The position numbers and the translations under genes were made by a program. 64,000 nt of DNA from Eledone cirrhosa (Eukaryota): positions 2,976,001 through 3,040,000 of the forward strand of contig OZ024750.1 in assembly GCA_964016885.1 (NCBI GenBank). The letters are read 5' to 3'. The notes below the pieces were generated by a model. The model searched no databases and was not told where the DNA came from. It saw nothing but the letters and a program-made list of their open reading frames with translations. Below, piece by piece: positions 26,101 to 40,436 of the stretch. How positions within the stretch are numbered: the first letter of the stretch is position 1; each line of letters begins with the position of its first letter.

Positions 26101-29100
26101 AGGGGAGAGGGAACATAGTTGTATGGGAGTTGAGGGGAGAGGGAACATAGTTGTATGGGAGTTGAGGGGAGAGGGAACATAGTTGTATGGGAGTTGAGGG
26201 GATAGGAACATAGTTGTATGGGAGTTGAGGGGAGAGGGAACATAGTTGTATGGGAGTTGAGGGGAGAGGGAACATAGTTGTATGGGTGCTGAGGGGAGAG
26301 GGAACATAGTTGTATGGGTGCTGAGGGGATAGGGAACATAGTTGTATGGGAGTTGAGGGGATAGGAACATAGTTGTATGGGAGTTGAGGGGAGAGGGAAC
26401 ATAGTTGTATGGGAGTTGAGGGGAGAGGGAACATAGTTGTATGGGTGCTGAGGGGAGAGGGAACATAGTTGTATGGGAGTTGAGGGGATAGGAACATAGT
26501 TGTATGGGAGTTGAGGGGATAGGAACATAGTTGTATGGGAGTTGAGGGGAGAGGGAACATAGTTGTATGGGAGTTGAGGGGAGAGGGAACATAGTTGTAT
26601 GGGAGTTGAGGGGAGAGGGAACATAGTTGTATGGGAGTTGAGGGGAGAGGGAACATAGTTGTATGGGAGTTGAGGGGAGAGGGAACATAGTTGTATGGGA
26701 GTTGAGGGGAGAGGGAACATAGTTGTATGGGAGTTGAGGGGATAGGAACATAGTTGTATGGGAGTTGAGGGGAGAGGGAACATAGTTGTATGGGAGTTGA
26801 GGGGAGAGGGAACATAGTTGTATGGGTGCTGAGGGGAGAGGGAACATAGTTGTATGGGTGCTGAGGGGATAGGGAACATAGTTGTATGGGAGTTGAGGGG
26901 ATAGGAACATAGTTGTATGGGAGTTGAGGGGAGAGGGAACATAGTTGTATGGGAGTTGAGGGGAGAGGGAACATAGTTGTATGGGTGCTGAGGGGAGAGG
27001 GAACATAGTTGTATGGGAGTTGAGGGGATAGGAACATAGTTGTATGGGAGTTGAGGGGATAGGAACATAGTTGTATGGGAGTTGAGGGGAGAGGGAACAT
27101 AGTTGTATGGGAGTTGAGGGGAGAGGGAACATAGTTGTATGGGAGTTGAGGGGAGAGGGAACATAGTTGTATGGGAGTTGAGGGGAGAGGGAACATAGTT
27201 GTATGGGAGTTGAGGGGATAGGAACATAGTTGTATGGGAGTTGAGGGGAGAGGGAACATAGTTGTATGGGAGTTGAGGGGAGAGGGAACATAGTTGTATG
27301 GGAGTTGAGGGGAGAGGGAACATAGTTGTATGGGAGTTGAGGGGAGAGGGAACATAGTTGTATGGGAGTTGAGGGGAGAGGGAACATAGTTGTATGGGAG
27401 TTGAGGGGAGAGGGAACATAGTTGTATGGGAGTTGAGGGGAGAGGGAACATAGTTGTATGGGTGCTGAGGGGAGAGGGAACATAGTTGTATGGGTGCTGA
27501 GGGGATAGGGAACATAGTTGTATGGGAGTTGAGGGGATAGGAACATAGTTGTATGGGAGTTGAGGGGATAGGAACATAGTTGTATGGGAGTTGAGGGGAG
27601 AGGGAACATAGTTGTATGGGAGTTGAGGGGAGAGGGAACATAGTTGTATGGGTGCTGAGGGGAGAGGGAACATAGTTGTATGGGAGTTGAGGGGATAGGA
27701 ACATAGTTGTATGGGAGTTGAGGGGATAGGAACATAGTTGTATGGGAGTTGAGGGGAGAGGGAACATAGTTGTATGGGAGTTGAGGGGAGAGGGAACATA
27801 GTTGTATGGGTGCTGAGGGGAGAGGGAACATAGTTGTATGGGTGCTGAGGGGAGAGGGAACATAGTTGTATGGGTGCTGAGGGGATAGGAACATAGTTGT
27901 ATGGGAGTTGAGGGGATAGGAACATAGTTGTATGGGAGTTGAGGGGAGAGGGAACATAGTTGTATGGGAGTTGAGGGGATAGGGAACATAGTTGTATGGG
28001 AGTTGAGGGGATAGGGAACATAGTTGTATGGGAGTTGAGGGGATAGGAACATAGTTGTATGGGAGTTGAGGGGAGAGGGAACATAGTTGTATGGGAGTTG
28101 AGGGGAGAGGGAACATAGTTGTATGGGAGTTGAGGGGATAGGGAACATAGTTGTATGGGAGTTGAGGGGATAGGAACATAGTTGTATGGGAGTTGAGGGG
28201 AGAGGGAACATAGTTGTATGGGAGTTGAGGGGAGAGGGAACATAGTTGTATGGGTGCTGAGGGGAGAGGGAACATAGTTGTATGGGTGCTGAGGGGAGAG
28301 GGAACATAGTTGTATGGGAGTTGAGGGGATAGGAACATAGTTGTATGGGAGTTGAGGGGATAGGAACATAGTTGTATGGGAGTTGAGGGGATAGGAACAT
28401 AGTTGTATGGGAGTTGAGGGGATAGGAACATAGTTGTATGGGTGCTGAGGGGAGAGGGAACATAGTTGTATGGGAGTTGAGGGGATAGGAACATAGTTGT
28501 ATGGGAGTTGAGGGGAGAGGGAACATAGTTGTATGGGAGTTGAGGGGATAGGGAACATAGTTGTATGGGAGTTGAGGGGATAAGGAACATAGTTGTATGG
28601 GAGTTGAGGGGATAGGGAACATAGTTGTATGGGTGCTGAGGGGAGAGGGAACATAGTTGTATGGGAGTTGAGGGGAGAGGGAACATAGTTGTATGGGAGT
28701 TGAGGGGAGAGGGAACATAGTTGTATGGGTGCTGAGGGGATAGGAACATAGTTGTATGGGAGTTGAGGGGATAGGAACATAGTTGTATGGGAGTTGAGGG
28801 GATAGGGAACATAGTTGTATGGGAGTTGAGGGGATAGGGAACATAGTTGTATGGGAGTTGAGGGGAGAGGGAACATAGTTGTATGGGAGTTGAGGGGAGA
28901 GGGAACATAGTTGTATGGGTGCTGAGGGGATAGGAACATAGTTGTATGGGAGTTGAGGGGATAGGAACATAGTTGTATGGGAGTTGAGGGGATAGGAACA
29001 TAGTTGTATGGGAGTTGAGGGGATAGGGAACATAGTTGTATGGGAGTTGAGGGGAGAGGGAACATAGTTGTATGGGAGTTGAGGGGAGAGGGAACATAGT

Positions 29101-32100
29101 TGTATGGGAGTTGAGGGGATAGGAACATAGTTGTATGGGAGTTGAGGGGATAGGAACATAGTTGTATGGGAGTTGAGGGGATAGGAACATAGTTGTATGG
29201 GAGTTGAGGGGATAGGAACATAGTTGTATGGGTGCTGAGGGGAGAGGGAACATAGTTGTATGGGAGTTGAGGGGATAGGAACATAGTTGTATGGGAGTTG
29301 AGGGGAGAGGGAACATAGTTGTATGGGAGTTGAGGGGAGAGGGAACATAGTTGTATGGGAGTTGAGGGGATAGGAACATAGTTGTATGGGAGTTGAGGGG
29401 ATAGGAACATAGTTGTATGGGAGTTGAGGGGATAGGAACATAGTTGTATGGGAGTTGAGGGGATAGGAACATAGTTGTATGGGAGTTGAGGGGATAGGGA
29501 ACATAGTTGTATGGGAGTTGAGGGGAGAGGGAACATAGTTGTATGGGAGTTGAGGGGAGAGGGAACATAGTTGTATGGGAGTTGAGGGGAGAGGGAACAT
29601 AGTTGTATGGGAGTTGAGGGGATAGGGAACATAGTTGTATGGGAGTTGAGGGGATAGGGAACATAGTTGTATGGGAGTTGAGGGGATAGGGAACATAGTT
29701 GTATGGGAGTTGAGGGGAGAGGGAACATAGTTGTATGGGAGTTGAGGGGAGAGGGAACATAGTTGTATGGGAGTTGAGGGGATAGGAACATAGTTGTATG
29801 GGAGTTGAGGGGATAGGAACATAGTTGTATGGGAGTTGAGGGGATAGGGAACATAGTTGTATGGGAGTTGAGGGGAGAGGGAACATAGTTGTATGGGTGC
29901 TGAGGGGAGAGGGAACATAGTTGTATGGGAGTTGAGGGGATAGGAACATAGTTGTATGGGTGCTGAGGGGATAGGAACATAGTTGTATGGGAGTTGAGGG
30001 GATAGGAACATAGTTGTATGGGAGTTGAGGGGATAGGAACATAGTTGTATGGGAGTTGAGGGGAGAGGGAACATAGTTGTATGGGTGCTGAGGGGAGAGG
30101 GAACATAGTTGTATGGGAGTTGAGGGGATAGGGAACATAGTTGTATGGGAGTTGAGGGGAGAGGGAACATAGTTGTATGGGAGTTGAGGGGAGAGGGAAC
30201 ATAGTTGTATGGGAGTTGAGGGGATAGGGAACATAGTTGTATGGGAGTTGAGGGGAGAGGGAACATAGTTGTATGGGAGTTGAGGGGAGAGGGAACATAG
30301 TTGTATGGGAGTTGAGGGGATAGGAACATAGTTGTATGGGAGTTGAGGGGATAGGGAACATAGTTGTATGGGAGTTGAGGGGATAGGAACATAGTTGTAT
30401 GGGAGTTGAGGGGATAGGGAACATAGTTGTATGGGAGTTGAGGGGATAGGAACATAGTTGTATGGGAGTTGAGGGGATAGGAACATAGTTGTATGGGAGT
30501 TGAGGGGAGAGGGAACATAGTTGTATGGGTGCTGAGGGGAGAGGGAACATAGTTGTATGGGAGTTGAGGGGATAGGGAACATAGTTGTATGGGAGTTGAG
30601 GGGATAGGAACATAGTTGTATGGGAGTTGAGGGGATAGGGAACATAGTTGTATGGGAGTTGAGGGGATAGGAACATAGTTGTATGGGAGTTGAGGGGATA
30701 GGAACATAGTTGTATGGGAGTTGAGGGGAGAGGGAACATAGTTGTATGGGTGCTGAGGGGAGAGGGAACATAGTTGTATGGGAGTTGAGGGGATAGGGAA
30801 CATAGTTGTATGGGAGTTGAGGGGAGAGGGAACATAGTTGTATGGGAGTTGAGGGGAGAGGGAACATAGTTGTATGGGAGTTGAGGGGAGAGGGAACATA
30901 GTTGTATGGGAGTTGAGGGGAGAGGGAACATAGTTGTATGGGTGCTGAGGGGAGAGGGAACATAGTTGTATGGGAGTTGAGGGGATAGGGAACATAGTTG
31001 TATGGGAGTTGAGGGGATAGGAACATAGTTGTATGGGAGTTGAGGGGAGAGGGAACATAGTTGTATGGGTGCTGAGGGGAGAGGGAACATAGTTGTATGG
31101 GAGTTGAGGGGATAGGGAACATAGTTGTATGGGAGTTGAGGGGATAGGGAACATAGTTGTATGGGAGTTGAGGGGATAAGGAACATAGTTGTATGGGAGT
31201 TGAGGGGATAGGGAACATAGTTGTATGGGAGTTGAGGGGATAGGGAACATAGTTGTATGGGAGTTGAGGGGATAGGAACATAGTTGTATGGGAGTTGAGG
31301 GGATAGGGAACATAGTTGTATGGGAGTTGAGGGGATAGGAACATAGTTGTATGGGAGTTGAGGGGAGAGGGAACATAGTTGTATGGGAGTTGAGGGGATA
31401 GGGAACATAGTTGTATGGGAGTTGAGGGGATAGGAACATAGTTGTATGGGAGTTGAGGGGATAGGAACATAGTTGTATGGGAGTTGAGGGGAGAGGGAAC
31501 ATAGTTGTATGGGAGTTGAGGGGATAGGGAACATAGTTGTATGGGAGTTGAGGGGATAGGAACATAGTTGTATGGGAGTTGAGGGGAGAGGGAACATAGT
31601 TGTATGGGAGTTGAGGGGATAGGGAACATAGTTGTATGGGAGTTGAGGGGATAGGAACATAGTTGTATGGGAGTTGAGGGGATAGGAACATAGTTGTATG
31701 GGAGTTGAGGGGAGAGGGAACATAGTTGTATGGGAGTTGAGGGGATAGGGAACATAGTTGTATGGGAGTTGAGGGGATAGGGAACATAGTTGTATGGGAG
31801 TTGAGGGGATAGGAACATAGTTGTATGGGAGTTGAGGGGATAGGGAACATAGTTGTATGGGAGTTGAGGGGATAGGAACATAGTTGTATGGGAGTTGAGG
31901 GGAGAGGGAACATAGTTGTATGGGAGTTGAGGGGATAGGGAACATAGTTGTATGGGAGTTGAGGGGATAAGGAACATAGTTGTATGGGAGTTGAGGGGAT
32001 AGGGAACATAGTTGTATGGGAGTTGAGGGGATAGGGAACATAGTTGTATGGGAGTTGAGGGGATAGGAACATAGTTGTATGGGAGTTGAGGGGAGAGGGA

Positions 32101-34150
32101 ACATAGTTGTATGGGTGCTGAGGGGAGAGGGAACATAGTTGTATGGGAGTTGAGGGGATAGGGAACATAGTTGTATGGGAGTTGAGGGGATAGGGAACAT
32201 AGTTGTATGGGAGTTGAGGGGATAGGGAACATAGTTGTATGGGAGTTGAGGGGAGAGGGAACATAGTTGTATGGGAGTTGAGGGGAGAGGGAACATAGTT
32301 GTATGGGAGTTGAGGGGAGAGGGAACATAGTTGTATGGGAGTTGAGGGGATAGGGAACATAGTTGTATGGGAGTTGAGGGGATAGGAACATAGTTGTATG
32401 GGAGTTGAGGGGATAGGGAACATAGTTGTATGGGAGTTGAGGGGATAGGGAACATAGTTGTATGGGAGTTGAGGGGAGAGGGAACATAGTTGTATGGGAG
32501 TTGAGGGGAGAGGGAACATAGTTGTATGGGAGTTGAGGGGATAGGGAACATAGTTGTATGGGAGTTGAGGGGATAGGAACATAGTTGTATGGGAGTTGAG
32601 GGGATAGGGAACATAGTTGTATGGGAGTTGAGGGGATAGGGAACATAGTTGTATGGGAGTTGAGGGGAGAGGGAACATAGTTGTATGGGAGTTGAGGGGA
32701 GAGGGAACATAGTTGTATGGGAGTTGAGGGGAGAGGGAACATAGTTGTATGGGAGTTGAGGGGAGAGGGAACATAGTTGTATGGGAGTTGAGGGGATAGG
32801 AACATAGTTGTATGGGAGTTGAGGGGATAGGGAACATAGTTGTATGGGAGTTGAGGGGATAGGGAACATAGTTGTATGGGAGTTGAGGGGATAGGGAACA
32901 TAGTTGTATGGGAGTTGAGGGGAGAGGGAACATAGTTGTATGGGAGTTGAGGGGATAGGGAACATAGTTGTATGGGAGTTGAGGGGATAGGGAACATAGT
33001 TGTATGGGAGTTGAGGGGATAGGAACATAGTTGTATGGGAGTTGAGGGGATAGGGAACATAGTTGTATGGGAGTTGAGGGGATAGGGAACATAGTTGTAT
33101 GGGAGTTGAGGGGATAGGAACATAGTTGTATGGGAGTTGAGGGGATAGGAACATAGTTGTATGGGAGTTGAGGGGATAGGAACATAGTTGTATGGGAGTT
33201 GAGGGGATAGGGAACATAGTTGTATGGGAGTTGAGGGGATAGGGAACATAGTTGTATGGGAGTTGAGGGGAAAGGGAACATAGTTGTATGGGAGTTGAGG
33301 GGATAGGGAACATAGTTGTATGGGAGTTGAGGGGATAGGAACATAGTTGTATGGGAGTTGAGGGGATAGGGAACATAGTTGTATGGGAGTTGAGGGGATA
33401 GGAACATAGTTGTATGGGAGTTGAGGGGATAGGGAACATAGTTGTATGGGAGTTGAGGGGATAGGGAACATAGTTGTATGGGAGTTGAGGGGATAGGGAA
33501 CATAGTTGTATGGGAGTTGAGGGGATAGGAACATAGTTGTATGGGAGTTGAGGGGAGAGGGAACATAGTTGTATGGGAGTTGAGGGGAGAGGGAACATAG
33601 TTGTATGGGAGTTGAGGGGATAGGGAACATAGTTGTATGGGAGTTGAGGGGATAGGAACATAGTTGTATGGGAGTTGAGGGGATAGGGAACATAGTTGTA
33701 TGGGAGTTGAGGGGATAGGAACATAGTTGTATGGGAGTTGAGGGGATAGGAACATAGTTGTATGGGAGTTGAGGGGATAGGAACATAGTTGTATGGGAGT
33801 TGAGGGGAGAGGGAACATAGTTGTATGGGTGCTGAGGGGAGAGGGAACATAGTTGTATGGGAGTTGAGGGGATAGGGAACATAGTTGTATGGGAGTTGAG
33901 GGGATAGGAACATAGTTGTATGGGAGTTGAGGGGAGAGGGAACATAGTTGTATGGGAGTTGAGGGGATAAGGAACATAGTTGTATGGGAGTTGAGGGGAG
34001 AGGGAACATAGTTGTATGGGAGTTGAGGGGAGAGGGAACATAGTTGTATGGGAGTTGAGGGGATAGGAAGATAGTTGTATGGGAGTTGAGGGGATAGGGA
34101 ACATAGTTGTATGGGAGTTGAGGGGATAGGGAACATAGTTGTATGGGAGC
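23138..34150. repeat. ~11 kb G-rich minisatellite, 31/32-bp unit, ~345 copies
   Basis: Unit aacatagttgtatggg(agtt|tgct)gagggga(gaggg|taggg|tagg|taagg). Confidence 0.99.
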
Positions 34151-34396
34151 TGCTACTGGTTAAGTACCAGTAACATGTTCCGATGCACAATAGATTAGGA
34201 AATGAAGATCATGAAAATAATTGCAATGAAAATCATCATCATCATCCTTTAACCCCTATTTCCCTTGCTAGCATGGGTTCAACAGACCATCACAGACGGA
34301 GTCAGTATTCAAGTGGGGTTACTGATTTCTCAGATAGGCAAGGGGTCTGCATCATGCTTATATAAGTTCTCACACTTTACCAAATGCATTTTGTGA

Positions 34397-34630
34397 TGGC
34401 ATCAGTACTAGGGAGGTTGTCATGGCATCAGTACTAGGGAGGTTGTCATGGCATCAGTACTAGGGAGGTTGTCATGGCATCAGTACTAGGGAGGTTGTCA
34501 TGGCATCAGTACTAGGGAGGTTGTCATGGCATCAGTACTAGGGAGGTTGTGATGGCATCAGTACTAGGGAGGTTGTCATGGCATCAGTACTAGGGAGGTT
34601 GTCATGGCATCAGTACTAGGGTGGTTGTTA
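34397..34630. repeat. 26-bp minisatellite, ~9 copies (atggcatcagtactagggaggttgtc)
   Basis: Direct inspection; abuts a degenerate family B SINE. Confidence 0.95.
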
Positions 34631-35460
34631 TGTCTTTGACACAACTGAAGAGTCCTCCATAAAATGATATTAACTTTTTAAAAGAAACCTGTCAAAACTT
34701 AGTTAAAATGGGTCTAAAAGTATACTTGAACATTTTGCTATAGAAATCACTCGTAACTTCTAACTTTCTTAAGGTATCAGTTTTGTACCCCTTCAGGAAA
34801 ATACCTCTCATTTATTATATGTGTTTGCCAACATTTTTTCTTTTCAACACTATAAGTTAATGATTTAAAAAAAAAAAAACCTACACATTTTTTTTCTTTG
34901 TACTTTCAGTTAACATAGCAGCAAATCTCTTAAAAATTTACAGATTTCTAAGTTTCATGGAAAAGCAGACTCATCTGCTAGTGTTGTGCTGTCTGTTGTG
35001 TTAATAGTAATTTGTTACAGAGATGTGGGTCTTAAGAAATTCCAGACATCTGTGAATAGTACCATGATGAGTTTAGTGAGCATGCCAAGAGAGAGAGAAA
35101 AAAAAATATATAAGGTGGAAGAATTTCTGAATAACTTGAGGGTACTACCCAGTTTATTACCAGTCAAACACCTGACTGGGTTTCAGAAAGTGAGTTATCA
35201 ATATATTTGCTACGGTTTAAAATACAAAATGGTATATTGATATTTTTTTTTGAAAAATGATATCAGACTTTTCTGAGAGAAACAAAAAAACAAACAAAAG
35301 ACACAAAAATAAAAATAAAAATAACATAAGTGGATTTGTAGAGACGGCTTAAGCAAGTACAAATAACAAAATATATATAAAAACGTATTGATACGGATAT
35401 CGTAACAATAATTCCACAATTATTGTTTCTCTCACTGATTTTTCCGAGTACTTTTCCTTT

Positions 35461-35515
<55 letters not shown>

Positions 35516-36567
35516 GAACCACAAAAGCCATGGAAAGAACAACTGAATGTATCAGCAGAAACTTAAGAAATATCACGAAAGAAAATAACAAGCTTAGATA
35601 TTTACCAAATTAGGCTTTTAGGTTTTTTGATATAAAGAAATTGTTTCATTGTCTTTTCTATATAATTCTTAAGTGGTACAAACTTATGCAAAGAAACAAA
35701 CATATTTTTCTTAGTTTCCTAATAAGTACACAGCTAATATTATGGCAGTTCATATTAACCCTTTTGATAACCCCCTTAAAAAACAAAAAAGGCCTTTGTT
35801 TCAATGAAACAAAACCATCCATTTTATAAGGTTTACTATTATATTTACTATTATATTTTCATGGTAAAGACATTACCTCACATAATATTGAATCTATGAG
35901 ATGTTCATATTTATATATGGTTTGTGTTGGCATGAGATGGCATAATGGTGATATTTCAATGGTGATATTTATGCTCCACTTTGATAAAATAAATACCAGG
36001 CAAATGGCAAAATACTGAGGACAACAAAATTAACTAACCCCCCCCCCCCCCCCCCTCATGAATGCAGAGTGCCCCAGCATGGTCACAGACCAATGACTGG
36101 AACCAACAAAAGGAATGAAAGAATAATACATTATAAGGAATTATAAATAGGTGTAACATTGCAAATGTTGCACGCACAGAGGAAGAATATGCAAAACCAA
36201 AAATCCACAGAACTTAAGGATTTTTATTAGAATGAAATTATGTAGATCACAAGATAGGAGGTTCTTAATAAAACTAGTTATTAAATGTAAAACCTAACAG
36301 TGTTCAGGAAAGAATATGACAGCGATAATTAGATAGACTATTAAATTTATATCAAAAGGAATTAAATGTTCTCTCATATAACCCCCCTCACACACTATTT
36401 ATTTCATATATCTATAATTACGTTTACTCATTTCTGAATTAGTTAAATATTTTTAGTTTTTGCTCAGTGGAAAAATATTTCTAATATCTGCAGTGGGTGA
36501 TGATGATGATGAAGATAACTGCAAACTGTCATATTTTTATCACGATAGAAGTCTTGTGTTATAATAA

Positions 36568-36826
36568 TCACCACCACCACCGCCACTATCACCACCACCA
36601 CCACCATGACCACCACCACCACCGGCACTACCACCACCACCACCACCACCACCACTGGCACCACCACCACCACCACCATGACCACCACCACCACCACCAC
36701 CGGCACTACCATGACCACCACCACCACCACCACCGGCATCACCACCACCACCACCACCGGCATCACCACCACCACCACCGGCATCACCACCACCATCACC
36801 ACCACCACGACGACCACCACCACCAC
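36568..36826. repeat. Interrupted (CAC)n repeat
   Basis: Source of the poly-H/T/V/G ORFs. Confidence 0.95.
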
Positions 36827-36827
36827 A

Positions 36828-36908
36828 GTGTTGGAATGGCTCCTCCAGCACATCTGCCTCACCATCCTCCAGGCCATGGGGTGGCCAGTGCATGGGCCCT
36901 CATTTGCT
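36828..36908 (-). repeat. GC-rich dispersed element; inverted homologue at 56950-57057
   Basis: Shared gcactggccaccccatgg ... ggaggatgg(t/c)gagg ... gagccattcca. Confidence 0.75.
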
Positions 36909-37376
36909 CATAATGGGAGTGTTTGAGGACTATGATCCCCCATGGCCCTCTCAGGAATGGGAGGAGAAGGAGGAGGAGGAGAAGGAGGAGGAGGAGGAGA
37001 AGAAGAAGGCAAAGAATCTGCTTTCCCAGCATGCAAGGGTTGAGCAAACCTTCATAAAGTCTACGATAGGATGGCTGTTTCTCTCCATGGCTATAAACTG
37101 TTGCACCACTGCATAACTTTAATGGAGATAAAAGAACAACTACAGAGAAAGTGCATTGTTTCTTTAATAAGAGACCAGAATAAGAGACTGTAAAGTGACA
37201 GACGGCCAGTTCTAACACAACATTCACAATGATACAAGATATAAATAAACTGGGGGGGGGGGGGGATATAACATAATAGAAAAGCAAATGCTTGACATAG
37301 CATCTGAATGGAAGTGGGACTTGACAGATGTGAACCTTTTACTGTTATTATTATTATTGTTGTTGTTATTATTATA

Positions 37377-37603
37377 AGGGCGGTGGGTTGGCAGAATCGG
37401 TAGAGTTTCAAACAACATGCTTCGTGGCATAGAGTTACGGGTCCTTTAACGGTCTGAGTTCAAATCACGCCAAGGTTAGCTTTGCCTTTCATCCTTACAG
37501 GGTCGATGAAATAAAGTACCAGTAATGTACCGGGGTCGATTTAATCGACTTTCCTCCCTTCTCGTCAAATTGCTGGCCTTGTGCCAAAAGTAGAAACAAT
37601 TAT
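37377..37603 (+). mobile_element. SINE family A, long subfamily, full length
   Basis: agggcggtgggttggcagaatcgg (A box), gagttcaaatc (B box), core and tail, inside a (TTA/TTG)n tract. Confidence 0.9.
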
Positions 37604-38120
37604 TATTGTTGTTGTTGTTGTTATTATTATTATTAATGATGGGGTAAAGATGTGCTCTAGAAAACAGAAGAAAATTGCTGCTTAAAAAGATTTACAGATA
37701 CTCTTGTAGATAAAGTGATAAGAATTTAGAATGTGATCGTTAGGATAAAAACATCAGATATTTCAAAACCAGGTGCACTCAGTTTTATACACTATCATCA
37801 GTAAATCACAAAGAATAGACCTCCCCACACACCTCCACCCACTAAAAACAAACTAAATGCACGTATGTAATTTGTTTTCAAGATTTGATTATTACAAAAT
37901 AAATAAGTTTAAAGCATTACTGAAATAGTATAGGGTGAAACCAGGTAAATGTATTAATTAAATAAGAGAAACTAAAGATAAATAAACTATCAAACAATTA
38001 GATTGTTTTATTACTCTTTTATTAGTTTCAGTCATTAAACTGTGGCCATTCTGGGGCACAACCTTGAAGGGATTTGGACAATTATTCCAAACCCCCAGTA
38101 CTTATTATTTCAAGTCTGGT

Positions 38121-38405
38121 ATGATGATGATTAAAAATTCTTAATGGCATCTTACTGAAAAATTAGTAGTTTTGGGGTAGTCTTGTAGACATAAAAATGA
38201 TGATGATTAAAACAATTTTAATGGCATCCTTCTGAAAAATTAATAGTTTTGGGGTCATAAAAATAATGATGAGGATGATGATTAAAGATTTTTAATGGCA
38301 TCCTTCCAAAAAAAAATTAGAAATTTTAGGGTAATCTTGAAGACACAAAAATGATGATGATGATGATTAAAATTTTTTAATGGCATCCTTCCGAAAAATT
38401 AGTAG
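38121..38405. repeat. Diverged ~70-85-bp tandem repeat, 4 copies
   Basis: Recurring atgatgatgattaaa..ttaatggcatc..aaaaattagtag. Confidence 0.8.
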
Positions 38406-38779
38406 TCGAGTGGAGGTAGTCTTTCCTTGCTAATAGTTTCTCCAATGGATAAATCAAATACTAAAATACAAAATGGAGTTTTTTGTTGATTTTTTTACAA
38501 GTGAGATTTTATCAGCAACAAAGGTTTAATTGGAGGCATGGCTTCATTACATGACAGTTCTCTAACCAGCTAAAGAGTATGGTTTGATTTAAGATGTTTG
38601 GTTAGAGCAAAAAGGAACTTAAATTTCCTCAGACAGTAACCAAGCAGTCACTGGTATGCTAGTGAGAGATGCCATAACTTCAAGTGATGAAACATTTCAT
38701 TTCACTGCATCTACAATGGAATTTCTTGGAAATAGCTTTGTTTCTTACCCCCCCCCCCCCTCTTCCTCCACAACTGGCA

Positions 38780-39075
38780 CTACCACCACCACCACAACTA
38801 CCATTACCACTATCATTACCACTACCATTACCCCTACCACTACTACCACCACCACTACCATTACTACCATCATCGCTATCACTACCATCACTACCACCAC
38901 CATCATTACCACTACAATCACTACTATCAATACCATTACCACCACCATTACCCCTACCACTACTACCACCATCACCATCACTACCGTTACCACTACTAGC
39001 AACACCACCACTACCACAACTACCACCACCACTACCATTACCCCTACCACCACTACCACTACAACCACTACCACA
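38780..39075. repeat. Degenerate (ACC/ACT)n repeat
   Basis: Direct inspection. Confidence 0.9.
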
Positions 39076-39557
39076 ACTGATTTTACCTCTATTTCCATCG
39101 CCACTATTTTAATCTAGACCATACATCTCAATCCCCCCCACCACCACCACCACAACCAAAACACCATCACCATTACCACCACAAAGACACCATCACCTCA
39201 CCACAACCCCTCCCTCTCCCCACCACACCTACAACATTGTTTTATGTCTATCCTCCACCCCCCACCCCGTCCTCCCCCACCCCAACAATGTTTATCAACT
39301 CACAACACAACAATAAAACAAACCTCAGCCCCTTCCCCCTTACCACTCTAAAATTCATTTTACCTGCCCAGATTAGACAAATGTCTTTGATTTTGAGCCA
39401 AGGTTTATGCATGGATTGTTTTCTTAATGTCACTAATTTTTATAGAATGCTTTTAATTGACATGTGGTATGAAATATAATGAAGTGGTAACATTTGTAGG
39501 AATGTAACAAAAAGCCTGCCATAGAGTAGAAGTATTATTACGACCAGACATGTAGAG

Positions 39558-39731
39558 AGACATGGCTGTGTGGTTAGGGAGGCTGCTTCGCAAGCACCTG
39601 CCTTCAACTTCTTTCTCCACTCTGTTGCTCCTTGGACAAGTCTTTTATTATAAATCTTGAGTCAACCAATGCATTGCCAGTGAAAATTGGTTGATGGAAA
39701 CTGCAGAAGCCTGTCATATCACTATCATACT

Positions 39732-39822
<91 letters not shown>
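39558..39822 (+). mobile_element. Family C SINE relic followed by (GT)n(GA)n
   Basis: catggctgtgtggttag head, ccttggacaagtc CORE-like segment, ggaaactgcagaagcctgtc 3' end. Confidence 0.6.
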
Positions 39823-39826
<4 letters not shown>

Positions 39827-39838
39827 GTGAAAAGTTCA

Positions 39839-39920
39839 GAGGGTCAGTTGAAAAGTTCATAGGCTGACCAAGATACTCTCATGGAATGACCAAATCAGGT
39901 TTATTTTTCAACATAGTCCC
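39839..39920 (+). mobile_element. Tc1/mariner-type terminal fragment
   Basis: See 14594 and 63285. Confidence 0.6.
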
Positions 39921-40436
39921 TGGAAATGAACAATGCAGTTATTAATAAGAAGAGTTGAAATTAATGCATACTAGATTTCACAGCTCTAGCATCAGCCCTT
40001 CATAGTCAGCCTACCCTCGTATCTCAAATCATTTGTTTCATTGTAGTCCACCAAACTCATCAGTAAAACAACAAAATACTATTTCCTACATTTGCAGACA
40101 ACAACAAAAGCGACGAATAATAAATATATTTCTCGGAATAGTGTACATTTATGAAAATATTCTTGACATTACAAATCTAAGTTTGCCTTAAATAAATATA
40201 GAAATAGAAATAAAATACCCCACAGAAATATAAAGAAAGAAACTAGACTACCTTGTTTTAATCTACAATATCCTGCAAAGATAAAACATTGCTATTTCTA
40301 GTGATGTTAATTAAGAAATCTCCCTCAAAGTAAAGTATTATTTCTATGATTAATGCATCTATCAAGATACTTGGGATAAAAAGTAACAACATAGCTGATT
40401 CAGCAGAGCAGATGTTCATTGATAGTTCTTGAAACT

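Noticed and set aside
23133-34190. Three 3,500-3,700 aa ORFs
   Set aside because: All three frames are open only because the C-rich strand of the 31/32-bp unit has no stop triplet. Unit indels shift frames freely, so there is no coding constraint.
36464-39117. Poly-His, mucin-like Thr-rich and Gly-rich ORFs
   Set aside because: Trinucleotide repeats open in several frames with no splice or homology support.
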